From contig OZ286463.1 of NCBI GenBank assembly GCA_965644265.1, positions 24,862,001-24,926,000 on the forward strand: DNA of 64,000 bases, in the 5' to 3' direction. Below are positions 26,832 to 39,985 of this stretch, piece by piece (position 1 is the stretch's first letter; each line of letters starts with the position of its first letter). Source of the stretch: Glycera tridactyla. Its lineage: Eukaryota. The translations under genes were made by a program, and so were the position numbers. The notes below the pieces were generated by a model. That model did no database searches. It was not told where the DNA came from and saw nothing but the letters and a program-made list of their open reading frames with translations.

Positions 26832-29800
26832 TCATGTGACGTCCCTCGGGGGTCTATATTTGGACCGTTATTATTTAGTCGGGACACCAAACACATCTTT
26901 GTGCCGATGATACGGTGCTCATGGCATTCATAACCCTAGGGTTGATACATGCCGTTAAACCTCAAGCAAACAAGCAAACTCATTGTTCGCCTCAACAATC
27001 CACTAGATATGCAAACTGAATTGGACTTTGTTCTAAATAAGGTGATCATCTGGATGAGGGTCCACTATTTGTTTTCCCTTGCAAGTATCACCCGGTCACA
27101 CTAGCCAGGTGATGCCATCGAGGAATGGAACAATCAACCAAACCGGGAGGTGATGAATACGAAATTTGCTTACTTCGGGACGGTTGTTGAGATGACTTAG
27201 ACGACGTTTCGACTCCGCCTTGGAGTCTTGATCACGTGATGTCCCTGACTACAAAAAAGGAAGTTTCAAGAAAATAATCTTGATAGTTTCAGCGTTAGCG
27301 ATTCCAAACTTGGTGCCCAGACTCTATTGATTTTGAGTCATACTTTTGGAATTTTAAGGTAAATGAGTGAAAATGGGCAAAACCGTTTTAGGTCAGTTAT
27401 GATGAGAACAAGGACGACGACGACCTCAACAGCTACCACCAAGGGAGTACGTAGTTCCATATACCTCTTGTGGAATGGTGATATGTTACAACCAAGCACT
27501 TCAGATCGCTTGTAAGGTATTGGATGTCATGCACTTGCACGCACGCACACTCATACACACACATTTTTTTAGTGATAGAAATCATGTCAGAGACATATTT
27601 CCAGATTGTACTGGCAACAGGTCCANNNNNNNNNNNNNNNNNNNNNNNNNNNNNNNNNNNNNNNNNNNNNNNNNNNNNNNNNNNNNNNNNNNNNNNNNNN
27701 NNNNNNNNNNNNNNNNNNNNNNNNNNNNNNNNNNNNNNNNNNNNNNNNNNNNNNNNNNNNNNNNNNNGTGGATTGTTCTCAGTGCTTCGTCCTGATGAAC
27801 CCGAAGTTGGCCTGCTTAGATGATGAAGTGACGATCCTAGTAGCTGTGAATTTCATTCCATTTTACCTTCCGTTAGGGGCCCAGGAGGAAGAATCATGAA
27901 TCATGTCACTTATTCCTTGGCGTCTCAATATTGTTTAGCTGGCACTGAGACGTCGACCAATCAATCAAAAGCATTGAGAGAATGTGAATGATGACGTGAA
28001 TTTATTGTTTATAATTCTTTCCCTTTTCCATGTATTGTTTAAATATTTAAAGGTATTGATTCATTTCACAAAATCTGATCTCTGACGTCACATGTATTAA
28101 TATTAACATTGTTCTTGTACCTGGTTCATGATTGTCATTCTTTTCTGTCACTCTAGTTAGGTGTCCCTTGTTTACCTCAGTTGCCATGTGTATATTACCC
28201 GTTTTTGCCGAATGACGCTCACTGTTTCCCGCCTGTGTTCACACCGAAGGGGCAGTACATTTTTACCTTGGATCTATGTGGGTGAACGACATTTTAGTTG
28301 AGTGTCCGTGCAGCGATCCAACTGAAACTTGGCAGGTGAACTTCCAGTACAACTCCACAGAACTGAATTCATTTTGATTCCTATGTTACGTCTGACCAGA
28401 AGAGGATTTGGAAGGAAGAGAGCACTATCACAGAAACTGCGTTGCATAGAATATCTTGGGGATGCTGAAGCATAACATGACCAACTGTGCACTCAGTAGG
28501 GCACTCGCAGTCACTAATTGCATCTAGTTTTGAGCTAAAGTTGTTTAATCTCTTGCTACATCTGAACATAGTCAAATTATCGAGGCAGTGGCAAGATGAA
28601 AGAGCAGTATACCCTGGAAGCAGTTTTCTCATGTATATTCACCAGCTTTGCCGATCATACAAACAATGGGTAAATTTCACGAAAATACATTCAATTCGCT
28701 AGCTCACAGACATTATTGGGCCCTAGACCACACATCAAGATACTTGAATTATAGTACTCGGCTTTTTCAAATTACTTGATTACTTCATCATTGATACAAA
28801 GACTTATAAACTAAGCAGCATTCGGTTTGTTGTAATTTCAAAGGCAGGGTTCCCTTTATAGATCAGCGTTTTAGCTATTGCTAAAGAAATATTTGATTTG
28901 CTGAAATGGCTTGCAAAAAATTTTTCATTCATGATGGCACAAATGTGGTGGTGGTGGTGGTTTATTTTGGATGAACATTTCCCCAATTGTATTTGTTTTG
29001 GTGAAAGAATGCAATAGAGATTAATTTGGCATATAAATGCCATTTAATTTTCATTTCGCTGAACTGATTCATTGGAATGCCATAGATTTTCTATGAAGTG
29101 CTTCTTTAATCATTAAGATTATTTCCATTCTGCTAGAATCAATCGCTAAAAGGTTTTTCATCCTAGAGGGATCACAGTAAGGTTATCATTTTGGTCACTG
29201 TGAAATAGCGCATTGTTATTAGGCCACTTCTCAACTTCAAGAGGATCACAGTGCATAATTTCTGAATGGCTTTTCCTTCTTGAATGTATGGCTGTTTCAT
29301 AAAGTGCACTCTGGCAGACGTCCAAGACAATACTAGTATAGTGCCGTCATCGATAAACAGAAAGAAGAGTAACAGGCCTAGTGTGGAGACCTGAACGGAT
29401 ACGATAGGTGGCAGTTCTTCGAGAAGCCACATCCATCATGAAACCTCGAGATAATGCTGTCAGTGGATCAGCAAGTCTCATTATTCTCGAGAATTCATAT
29501 TATCGACAACCTGGGATTCAGCTCTATTGACCATCTGGACACCTGATTACAGAATCACTCGTGCAATGGATTATGAACTATGTATTCGGAGTGATGTCCC
29601 AGGAGATGAGAGTGTTGTCTGAGGAAATATACATGACTGTGACGATATCATACCCCTCGATTACGCTGACCATATGACCCTCCATAACTGCTGAAAATTG
29701 ATCACAAGTTGACCTAGAATTTATTTTGGCTATTAAGTAGGTTGTGTGCTACTGATCAATTCAAATATCTTCTACCTGTTTATTGGATGAACTTTCTTTG

Positions 29801-30870
29801 GACTGTTCTACTGGAGATGTTGACCATTATGATACGTGTATTTTGATTCAATTATAGTGAGTTTAATTTAAATCAGTGAAATTTGATATGTGATTCTCGA
29901 GTGTTCATCCAGATTCATGGTTATTGGGCACTTTTTGATTTCCTCTTGGAGTATTTTTCATCATAAATCATCGCGCGACCATCCACCTGTGTCGAGCAAC
30001 CACGTTTTGGCTTCCCATGCCGTGTTCTCAAGACATTTACGACTGCACATGACAATTCAATCTATACGCCATGGGGACTTAATAAGAGATTCATAGCGTT
30101 TCCATAATGGATGGGAATGTGTAAAGCCTCATAGATGACAATCTGATCATGACTCACCAAAAAACACTCTTTTGTTGTTGTATATGGCCAAACGTATGGT
30201 TCTACGTGACAGAGGAAGCGACGACGGTATTCATTTGATAACATTCATCATTTTATTACATATTCACAGACATTTTAGCAGAATACAGTTGGTTTGCAAA
30301 GAAGAGTGGTACGGTGAACAACGACGATTGTTCATATCACAAGAAGGAGGATCATAATCAATAGGTACAATCACCATAACAACGCTGACACGTGCCTACA
30401 AACAATACGCCAATCGAATCAGGAAGATCGACTGAGTGGGCTGAACAATTACGGATCCCTTCTTTAGGTGCACCACAAATCCCGAAATACGAGCCATCTG
30501 TATTCAATCGTCTTTGTAGTTCCAACACCTCTCATTAATTTTAATCCACTGCCTGAAAGGAACTTATGCTTCCCAAACGTCTGCCCATGTCCCAATCAAT
30601 CCGGTCAAGTGGTGGCCCCGTGAAATGATCTCTTGTTCACTGCAGGGTACAGTGCCCCAAAATAATTGACCTACAGAAATGGCACCAGGTGAATCAATAC
30701 CATGTACGCAGGGTAACAGTCTGGTCAACATATTTAATAACAGAAATGACGCCTGGAGTGTCGTGAATTCTCGCCTTCTGTTGGGGACCCGGGAGGAGGC
30801 TTGAATGATCCCACCATGCCTATTTGCATGGGCTGTCGTGAGCCAAGCAACCAACTTCCCATCCACGGAA

Positions 30871-31050
30871 GCCTGCCTTGGTGGCTCAGTGGTAGCATGC
30901 TGGGCCGGCGTGCAATGGGTCTGGGGTTCAATCCCCGGTCTTACCATGCAGGAATGTTTCACCCTTCATCTTCGCTCCTCCTTGGCAGGTGGTCTGATTT
31001 AGCCTACTCAAGTGCGGAAAGTGGACCTAAAACCTTAACATTTCATTTTT
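30871..31050 (+). mobile_element. tRNA-derived SINE family D
   Basis: Pol III A-box TGGCTCAGTGG and B-box GGTTCAATCCC followed by a non-tRNA body and (cattt) tail. Confidence 0.8.
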
Positions 31051-32811
31051 TCCCACCCACGAATCTCGATAAATCACACCTACGTCATCCAACTCAGGTG
31101 GCTACATATAGTATTATCCAAATATGACGGGCATAAAATCGGACCCCCTTCCATGGCTTGTTTCAGGCGAATCGTAGATTAAATTTTTCACCTACCCTAT
31201 CAAATCCCATCACTAAAGTAGCCGTTTCATATACAATAAGCTATTCCATGATCCGTTTGATATTTTATTACTGGGGTTGTTACTATTATGGTGATCATTG
31301 AAAGCTCCATTGGAGCACTATAAGAAATACAAGACACTGCAAGTAAGAACCAACATAAATAAGTTTGAGTTTGAAAGGTCGTCTGTGGAAGAGGTAGCTG
31401 ACAGTTCAGACACACTTATGGACTCTTCGACATAAATCGCTTACGCAATGTAGCCAGGCATAAACTGTCAAACAAGTTTGACATTTCCGAATACTCAACA
31501 TTCTCATTAATCTAAAGACACGCGCATAAACCTCATTTGCACTTTCAGTAACAGGGAATAGGTATGACTTGTGCCCATTATCTCTGAAATGACACTTTGT
31601 GTGTGATTTTCATATCATTTCACCTTCCGTTTGGGACCCATAAGGAGGAGCCTTGTAAGATCCCACCCATGCCCATTGCACGGGCGTCACAATATAGCCC
31701 AGATGGTGCTGACGTGACGTTAAACCACAACCGACCAACCAACCAACCTTGTACCCATTATGTACATCATGGCAATGCAGAGTTGGGATGAAACGGATAA
31801 AATGAAAAAACGATCTGAAGCTAGAGTACTTCTGATAGAGAAAAAAAGGTAAAGACAGAATGATAATGATGTGTTGAATTTGTATCAGTTGACGCAGAAG
31901 TTGGTGTACAACATTTCAGTAAACGGCTACGAGAATATTGACCCCCCCCCCCCCCCCCGCACCTCCGCCTTAGGTCCCCATCGGAAGGATATCTCAAGAG
32001 TCATTGCTTGTCCCCCATCCCACGATGTGACAAGGCAATCAAATGAAGATATCAACGTGGTCATGTGATCGCCGACTACGATGGCGTGTCATCAGCCCAC
32101 ATAAGTTATATAACTAGGATGGATCTCCCTTGGGTATGAAATCAATGCATGAAATTGGATTGTGAAATTTAGTGTCACATCCTCTTCAAACCTTTGACAC
32201 ATATTTTGCATGAACTGAATAGAACGAACATGGTACATACATCGTCAATTCGGTTCGGCGAGTGAGCCGATTTCCTGGAAGTGTAGTATTCATACAACTT
32301 GTAATAATGTAAGCTTTGTCAAATCCAAATGTGAGGGGTGCATTTCAAACGATCTCGTTTCTCACCAGATCGCAGTTCTACTGGCACGACTGGATGTATA
32401 GGACCCCTGGCGATCGCCAGATGAGATTCTAGATGGTTTGCGTGCTTTTGAAGACGATTCATCTCGATTTAATTGCATTTATATGGCAGATCCGCCGACA
32501 TCATCGGCCGATCTTTGTACATGACACGATAGAGATACGACTACCGCCCTTGCCATAATGCATCGTGGTTAAATCTGTGAGAGAACCTTATCGTGATCGC
32601 ATTTATTGTCAATAAACCCCGTCGGGAGTCTCATTTCAACTAGATCTTGATCGCTGGTCGAAAAAAACCCAGAAAGCAATAAGAAATGCACCCATCGAGT
32701 GAGACTGCCATGGGATTTCAAGAGACCAACGCCAAAACATGACCATCCGGCCGAATAGAACAATTCGGCTTATGCACTAAAGTAGAAACGTGATCTTGCT
32801 CTCATGCTACG

Positions 32812-33256
32812 CTAAAGTCTGCCAAATCCAAATGTGGCGGGTACGTTTCAGACGCTAACTTCGTCAATTTTCGTCTGATTTGACTTTTGATGGCACAAAT
32901 GGATTGTTAAGGTCTTCCGGCGATTATCGAACCTCGTCTCGGCTGGTCTATATGCTTAAAAAGAGGATTACACCATCATTTCATTGCATTTTTTCGGCGA
33001 ATCCTCCGCCATTATCGGCGATTATTTGTATGCGAATCAGTGGAGATGCAGCCGCTGCACTTGCTGCGAAACCAGCGTGAAATTGACATATTTGACGTTC
33101 TAAGGTGAAATATACAAGGGAACTTCGCCGTGATCACATTTCTACTCGTCGGAGATGTCCACAATGTCTGCCTTCAGGTTTCATTTCAATCTGATGCGAA
33201 TTCGCGATGCTAGGGCGAAAAACGTACCCGCCACGACTAAGCTTGAGAGACTTTAT
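32812..33256. mobile_element. Palindromic MITE-like element (related copies at about 32303-32720 and from 33329)
   Basis: Imperfect long inverted repeat taaagtct...gtggcgggtacgttt / aaacgtacccgccac...agacttta. Confidence 0.55.
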
Positions 33257-33384
33257 CATGTTTACCGTCCAAACTCAACGAACTACATTCGAGGAGTGCA
33301 TATACATCCTGGCATTCGATGCGCTATCATAAAGTCTGTCAACTTGAACCAAATGTGATGATACTTTTCTCCCCCAAAGTGACC

Positions 33385-33625
33385 ATAGATAACTGGCCCA
33401 CAGAAATGGCACTGTGTGAATTGATCCCATGTTCACAGTGTAACACTGTGGTCAACATTATAGTAACAGAAATGACACATTGAGTGTCTGAATTTCATGA
33501 ATTTTCAACTCCGTTTGGGGCCCGTGGGAGGAGTCTTGAAGGATCCCACCCATGCCCACTGCATGGGCGACCCATTATGGCACATTGGGTGCTGGTGTGA
33601 CGTTAAACCATAACCAACCAAGTGA
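33385..33625 (+). mobile_element. SINE-like family C with (CCAA)n tail
   Basis: cagaaatgacac..gagtgtc..gatcccacccatgccc..gggcg.c..gacgttaaacc(aacc)n; copies at 25854-26013, 30640-30860, 31570-31750, 55460-55615 and minus-strand 23690-23985. Confidence 0.75.
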
Positions 33626-35484
33626 CCCTCTCCTTAATCTAGTAATAGTGATCTGATTGAAGTGGAATTTACTGGGATAGCAATGGAGATCTGATTAAAG
33701 TGAAATTTACTGGGAGGCGTTGCTAACATATCAAGTGACAAGAAATATCATCGCAATGAAGTTCGCTTCCGCATTCAAATACAAATGTGCCAATTTCAAT
33801 CGCAAAGCTGGCGATCGCATCCCCATTGCTTCTCACGCGACATATAGTCGATACCGTCGACAGGTTCGCCGTATCAACACAATGACTATCTGAAATTAGG
33901 TTCATTGGTCGCAGTATGTCCTATGCAATCCAGCCGTGCCCTTAAAACCACAACGAAGTGACTCGCAATACATTAAGCTTCATCGCGATCACTATTATAG
34001 TCACCGGAAATGTGAACAAAGTCAATTAGTGAGTTTCATTTCGATCGGGTCTCGATTGCCAACGTGTGAACATAACATATACCTGCCGCGTAGACTTGAC
34101 TCTACTCTTGATAGTTCAAGCAAGCCACTCACGCATCACACCAACATGCTCGTCACTCACCGAACCTCCTTCACTTTACTATCGCTTCACAACATGTGTA
34201 AAAATATACAATATCTATGTACAAAGTAAGGGGAGTGCACTTTACGTGGATGGTCACATTCACTCGAAAAATATATTATATGAAGTTTGGTTCAAACAGC
34301 GGCTCAGACATCAGCATCATCCACGACAATGACAATATGTTTACTTGTGTAGGCAAAGCGTTGTAGAACACACATTGCAAGTACTATTGATCACATGACA
34401 CAGCAGTCTCAGTGCAGGTTTTGACCTTTGACGTCACAATCAGTTGCTACGCGTCGCTAGGGCCTCTTCCTATATGTCAAGGAGAAGACATGATGCCCTG
34501 AGATTAGATATCTGTATACCGTACAGATCGCCCTCTGCCTAATCATGTCCCTCTTCCATCAATGAAGTTCGCAGTAGCTATAGAAGTTATTAACTCATGT
34601 TTGGACAGTGCAATTACGCGATCGTGACGCACCTGCTCACTACAGCTATGTTCGTGCCATTCAGCTTCCGTCTGCTTGACAACGACTCACGTCCAGTGTA
34701 GCAATTCCTCTTATCCTCTTTTTTTGGACGCAACACTCCACTGTCTCAAACACTTTCTCAACAAGCATCCTCTGCTAACATTGACTGAATCCAGTTTATA
34801 ATGTATGCTATCAATATATGAATAATAGCCCCAATATAATCTAAAGAAAATGTGCGATACACCTCATAGTTTCCGAATACATCTATGGCGTTTATAGCAG
34901 AAGGAAGTAGTACTCAGGCATGTGACTGCGACAGTACATCGCCATCCTTGTAGCTGACCATTTCATATGGCGGCGCCCAGTATTTCAGAATGCACAGGGT
35001 GAATACTGGAAAGTATCTCGGTAGACCAAACTGACATCATGGCACCCACTCGAAAGATAGTCAAACCCATCCTGATGGTTCCTGCCATAGGCCGAGATTG
35101 TCTTTTAGTATTGGCCGTATCTAGCACACAGCTCAATCTGGCAAACTTAACTCTGAAACAGATTCTCCAGTAGGTCAGCACCATGCTTCATTCCACATTC
35201 TGTGACTTTCGTTTTTTTTTCACGATAGATCATAGACATCCTGAAAGCAGGGAATTGGATTCCTCAGAAGGTCAGCATCATGCTCCATTGCACATTCTGT
35301 GGCCTTCGTGAAAATCATGAAAGCATGGAACTGGGTGGAAATTACGGCGCGGCCCACACACTCCCTTATGCCCGTTAGGAAGAGGTATACAGCACTGTTA
35401 GTTACACATCTATCTCCTGAGAATAGTCATACATTTATCCAAACTTTTAGGTGCGACGACAAATCTCATAGAAACTCGGTATAA

Positions 35485-35487
<3 letters not shown>

Positions 35488-35575
<88 letters not shown>
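35488..35575. repeat. (GA)n microsatellite
   Basis: Direct observation. Confidence 0.95.
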
Positions 35576-35579
<4 letters not shown>

Positions 35580-35819
35580 ATGGACAGTTGGTTCAAGTGT
35601 ACGACATATCTCATCCCGTGTCCATCATGGATGCAGATTTCTCAGTCAGCATCGTCCTTGAAGAGCCCGGACCTTCTTGGTGGTGAGCTGGAGCGATTAA
35701 GTGAGAAAAAATAGCCGTCTGTTCATAAATCACTGTACCTACATCACAACACACAATGACTGAACATAGCCTATCCAAGAGTAATCGGTGCGCTTTGGTG
35801 GTAATATATGGTATGACTG

Positions 35820-35833
35820 ACGATGTCGATGTC

Positions 35834-35902
<69 letters not shown>

Positions 35903-35905
35903 GAC
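35820..35905. repeat. (GAT)n microsatellite
   Basis: Direct observation. Confidence 0.95.
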
Positions 35906-37754
35906 GATATTGACGATTTTCGTTGACATAAAAATACTGTATTCTCAATTGTTTGCATAATATATCTCCATCGAAACACAATACATATTTAAAGGCTTGG
36001 CTAAAATTAATCGCCATGTCAAAACACTTATCGGTAGTCATTAATCCACATGTGGATCTATTTTGGGGAGTGAAGGTTAGATGGTTAGACAGCCACCACT
36101 AAATCTGCCCTTGAGAGTGAATTTTTGGATGTCAGATGCTAATAATGGATTTTTTTTTAGAGTGATTTTCGGAGGATCACCCAGCCTGATGGATCTATTC
36201 TTTGGAGTAGCAGTTTCATGGTCGAGCAGAAGCTGCATCAAGTTCATTGTTAATGGATAACTAATTATAGTTTCAAATTCTGGATGAGTACATAGCTGGC
36301 TTCTATGTTCAGAATCCATCGATTAATGTCCCGCCACCACCCATATGCATTCTGAACGGAGGACACTTACTTCAGGGTCCAATTAGCTCCTAACTGGTTG
36401 CCTTTCAAATGGACACTCTCTACTCGACGATGGACTACTCACTCCAAAGTAGCCATTGATTGATTAAAGTTCAAAAATGACTCCCAATGGCAGAGTCAAT
36501 GATGGCTGCTCGACCCTATGCATTTCAATGTTTCGTTGATGATACCAACTGTGGAATGTTTGTGTCTGATGCCGATTCGAGCAACAGCCATCGACAGTCA
36601 CAACAGTAGTGACGTGTGCCTCCATNNNNNNNNNNNNNNNNNNNNNNNNNNNNNNNNNNNNNNNNNNNNNNNNNNNNNNNNNNNNNNNNNNNNNNNNNNN
36701 NNNNNNNNNNNNNNNNNNNNNNNNNNNNNNNNNNNNNNNNNNNNNNNNNNNNNNNNNNNNNNNNNNNNNNTCAGCTCATCCACTATACAGCAGATTTACT
36801 GCAGCTGAAGCAACTCTATCCATTGATTGTCAATGACCCTTCCTGGAAAATTCTGCAGGGTATGCCACTCCCCTCAGACAATGTCCTCATCGCTGCATCT
36901 CTCGTAACCAACTTTCTGGTGAATATGAATAATAGGGTTTAAGCATTCCACACAGAGTTGTGTGCTTGCTACAGCCAGTCTCTAGATAGTGAGAAATAGA
37001 TCCATTTCTAGGGTCCGTCCCCCACTGATCCCAGCTCAGTATCGAAAGCTCAAACCCTGCGACTGATACGGTTACCCTCGATGCCAACAGCATCCAGGGA
37101 ATGTCTCGTTTCTCTGCCCAATGCAGCCTGCATGGCCACGCCAAACTGGAAAATATACGAGAAAATCGAAGTCGTTCATCCCAACTCGCCGTGTGACTTG
37201 TGAAGTGCTGACGTAGTATGTGACGTAAGAACGTAACTTTAAATCTCACCACTGACGTCACAACCCCTCCACAATTCGACAACTTTTCATGACGCCGTCA
37301 AAGGTTGCGCCTCGAACTTGACGAGCTCAACCAAGCGAGAAAACTCCGAAGGTTTCCCATTTCTTAAAAAGCGAATGCTCTCCGCAGCCAATCGATGGGA
37401 GTTTTAGGTGCCCTCAGAGTAGCTGCGTGCCGTGCGCAAACATCCGGTTTTGCCGGTTGGTGACATGTCCAGCTGCCCAGGTGGGATGTTCTCTTGAATC
37501 GGGTACCTGAAATCAGACGAATATATCCTGTGATCAGGGAGCGTACTGTGACGGCAGCAAGTCCANNNNNNNNNNNNNNNNNNNNNNNNNNNNNNNNNNN
37601 NNNNNNNNNNNNNNNNNNNNNNNNNNNNNNNNNNNNNNNNNNNNNNNNNNNNNNNNNNNNNNNNNNNNNNNNNNNNNNNNNNNNNNNNNNNNNNNNNNNN
37701 NNNNNNNNNNNNNNNNNNNNNNNNNNNNNNNNNNNNNNNNNNNNNNNNNNNNNN

Positions 37755-37858
37755 CAGGTTTGCGAGAATTTTCCAGCATCTCGAACCAGTGATGGCGACC
37801 TTGACCTACAATTTGTGGTCCGACAGCTACGACACCCATCAGTTCGTTACTGCCCACC
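37755..37858 (-). CDS. Syt: Synaptotagmin C2B next (probably terminal) exon, truncated by assembly gap
   Basis: Acceptor gttgacag|G (phase 2 completes Arg), then VGSNELMGVVAVGPQIVGQGRHHWFEMLENSRKP, the C-terminal C2B/WHxL-proximal region of synaptotagmins. Runs into N gap 37566-37754. Confidence 0.92.
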
Positions 37859-39034
37859 CTGTCAACACAAACCAACATACACTATATCACGGCAGTCAGC
37901 AGGTCACCCCTGTCTGACAGGTCATTTATGTTGCCAATGACCAACCATATATCTCTCAGACAGCAATATATCACACCTCATCCTATCAGAAAAGTTGTAT
38001 TCTTCTCATGTGGCTGTGAAAATCTTAATCTAGTAAATAGTAGCCTGGTTCCTTGACTCGAAGCAACCCAAATCCTCTCATGCAGCGGCATCCTGTCACC
38101 TGATTCGCCTATATGACTGGCATAGTTTGTGACATGAGTCAGATTACCACGACCCACACTGGAATAAACTGGCGCCGCCTGTCCCTAAATCACACATCTC
38201 TTAAAGTACGCATCTTCCTCGATTTTGACAAATGTGTGTTCTATTCATTCCCCCCAAAGTGTTATATATTCTTTCTACTGTGCTTGTACTTGCTATTTTG
38301 AATCTCTGTAAATATGATGCTGACACTCGGCTGGATAAAAATATGTTCTTTCTAGACCTTTCAAGGAGAGTTGAAGTAAAAGTTTCGAACTCAAATTCAA
38401 CCACACATGTCTGTTCTGTGAGTGAGCGCTATCCATTTCTACTGAGCTTGTATTCGCTATTGTGTGTCTCTGTAAATATGTTGTTAACACTCGAATCGAA
38501 ACAATATGGCCCTTCCAGACCTCATGAGGGAAGATGGAATAGAATTTCCTAATTCAACCACACCTGGCTGTTCTATCAGTGGGCACTACCCCATAACTAC
38601 GAATTCACAGCTATGACCTTGATATCACCAAATGTGTGGATTTTAAGGATGATCTGATAACTTGATCCATACATATTTCTGTGATTAACCCGGATAATCA
38701 CTCATAAATTGCAAGTTCAACCTGTAACGGATGACTCAAGGTGAATCTTGAGACATCATGCATCATGCATCTATAGTCTGTTCATTGCGATAAATAAAAC
38801 TTTTTTTTGCTACATAAGCAATTGCGATCTTAATATAATGATCAGCTGGAAAGTGACGGTATTGACCAAATGTGACAAATGATTGAATAATCCATCCTGG
38901 CTGTGACACCCCACTCAATGTCATCGTGCCTCAGATGACCCTCATCTCCGAACAGCTAGACTGGCCTGTTCACGTGTCCAGTTCACGTGTTCACGTGTTC
39001 AGGTGCCGTTGCACAGAAAGGCTGACATTGAAAA

Positions 39035-39194
39035 ATGGAAATGTTGAGGTTTTAGGTCCACATTCTGCACTTGAGGAGGCTAAACCAGACCACCTGCCAA
39101 GGAGGAGTGAAGATGAAGGGTGAAACATTCCTGCATGGTAGGACCAGGGATTGAACCCCAAACCCATTGCACGCCAGCCTAGCATGCTACCACT
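39035..39194 (-). mobile_element. tRNA-derived SINE family D in synaptotagmin intron
   Basis: Homologous to 30871-31050; 15-bp TSD GGCTGACATTGAAAA at 39020-39034 and 39195-39209. Confidence 0.85.
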
Positions 39195-39657
39195 GGCTGA
39201 CATTGAAAATAGCTCAGCCAACATACAACGTTCCCTGTTCGAATTGAGACATTCCTATATGTCTGAAGGGTATACAGCCAACTAAGCAGATTCACCCGTT
39301 TGGACTGAACACTCTACAGCCACCATCACTGCCTATATCTGAGTCCCCATTCGAACCTGAGTTAAGAGGTACTTGGTAGAGTGCAGGGGTCTCATCCAGC
39401 TACCCCATACAGACTTGCCTCTGTGAGAGAATTGAATCACGCAGATCCATGCAATGACACAGGTCTGTTATTGTGTGGTCAGATTTAAGTATTGCACAAC
39501 ATTGCAGTACGGTGCCGAGCTGTAATTGTTGCACCTGACTTCCATTCTACCAGCTACCACGGGAACGTATTGGCCTTGAAATGATTAATCTCAAGTTATA
39601 TAATCGCAATGACCCATACTTCAGATTCTATTGGGTATTGAGCTTCGAGTGACCTAC

Positions 39658-39829
39658 CTGTCATAATCAATGACCTTGATGACGAGACAAACCTCTTCGA
39701 CGTTCTCCTGAGGCACATCAAATACGATGGCTTCGTTATATACTGGGTTCAGTGTATTACGTTTAACCGACGTCTTTTTCTTCTTAATTCTTTTCCCTTG
39801 ACACATGAGAGACACCTTGACATATGGAT
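39658..39829 (-). CDS. Syt: Synaptotagmin C2B-domain internal exon (Syt-alpha / Syt3-6-9-10-like)
   Basis: Translates (D)[56 protein letters not shown](R), a typical C2B segment with polybasic patch and DYDR. Acceptor tttcag|AT, donor AG|gtaggt; 172 nt, phase 1 to phase 2, matching the next exon. Confidence 0.95.
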
Positions 39830-39985
39830 CTGAAACATAGTAGGACATATTGACACATGAGAGACAACTTGACATATTGGTCTGAAACGTAGCAGCGAAT
39901 ATTGACACATGAGAGACACCTCGACATATGGGTCTGAAACGTAGCAGCGAATATTGACACACGAGAGACACTTTCACATATGGAT
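39798..39985 (-). repeat. 52-bp tandem repeat spanning the Syt intron/exon junction (about 4 copies)
   Basis: Unit is 20 nt of acceptor plus 32 nt of exon start; AG| sites give exon starts at 39829, 39881, 39933 and 39985. Confidence 0.95.

Larger units (their letters stand above)
24100..27110 (+). pseudogene. CR1/L2-type LINE reverse transcriptase, decayed and split by nested insertions
   Basis: Collinear RT motifs: TLFDRSVKSGTFPSCWKEATIV..NYRPISLL..LLEQLVHSQFYDY (24210-24410), NLLCQEQSG (either side of the MITE at 24421-24645), RSRRGT..DNVYDSM..LDL.KAFDTMDHALLL..ALNWLSS (26014-26220), DVP.GSI.GPLLF (about 26835-26875), CADDTVL (about 26895-26920). Confidence 0.85.

Noticed and set aside
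30871-30950. Possible tRNA gene
   Set aside because: A and B boxes are present but continue into a SINE body shared with 39035-39194, which has a TSD; no clear cloverleaf.
34960-35190. Protein-like short frames (e.g. YFRMHRVNTGKYL, MIR-like)
   Set aside because: Each frame closes within about 30-45 codons and no consistent exon boundaries were found.
35486-36041. Poly-His, poly-Ser and RE-repeat ORFs
   Set aside because: They arise from (GAT)n and (GA)n microsatellites.
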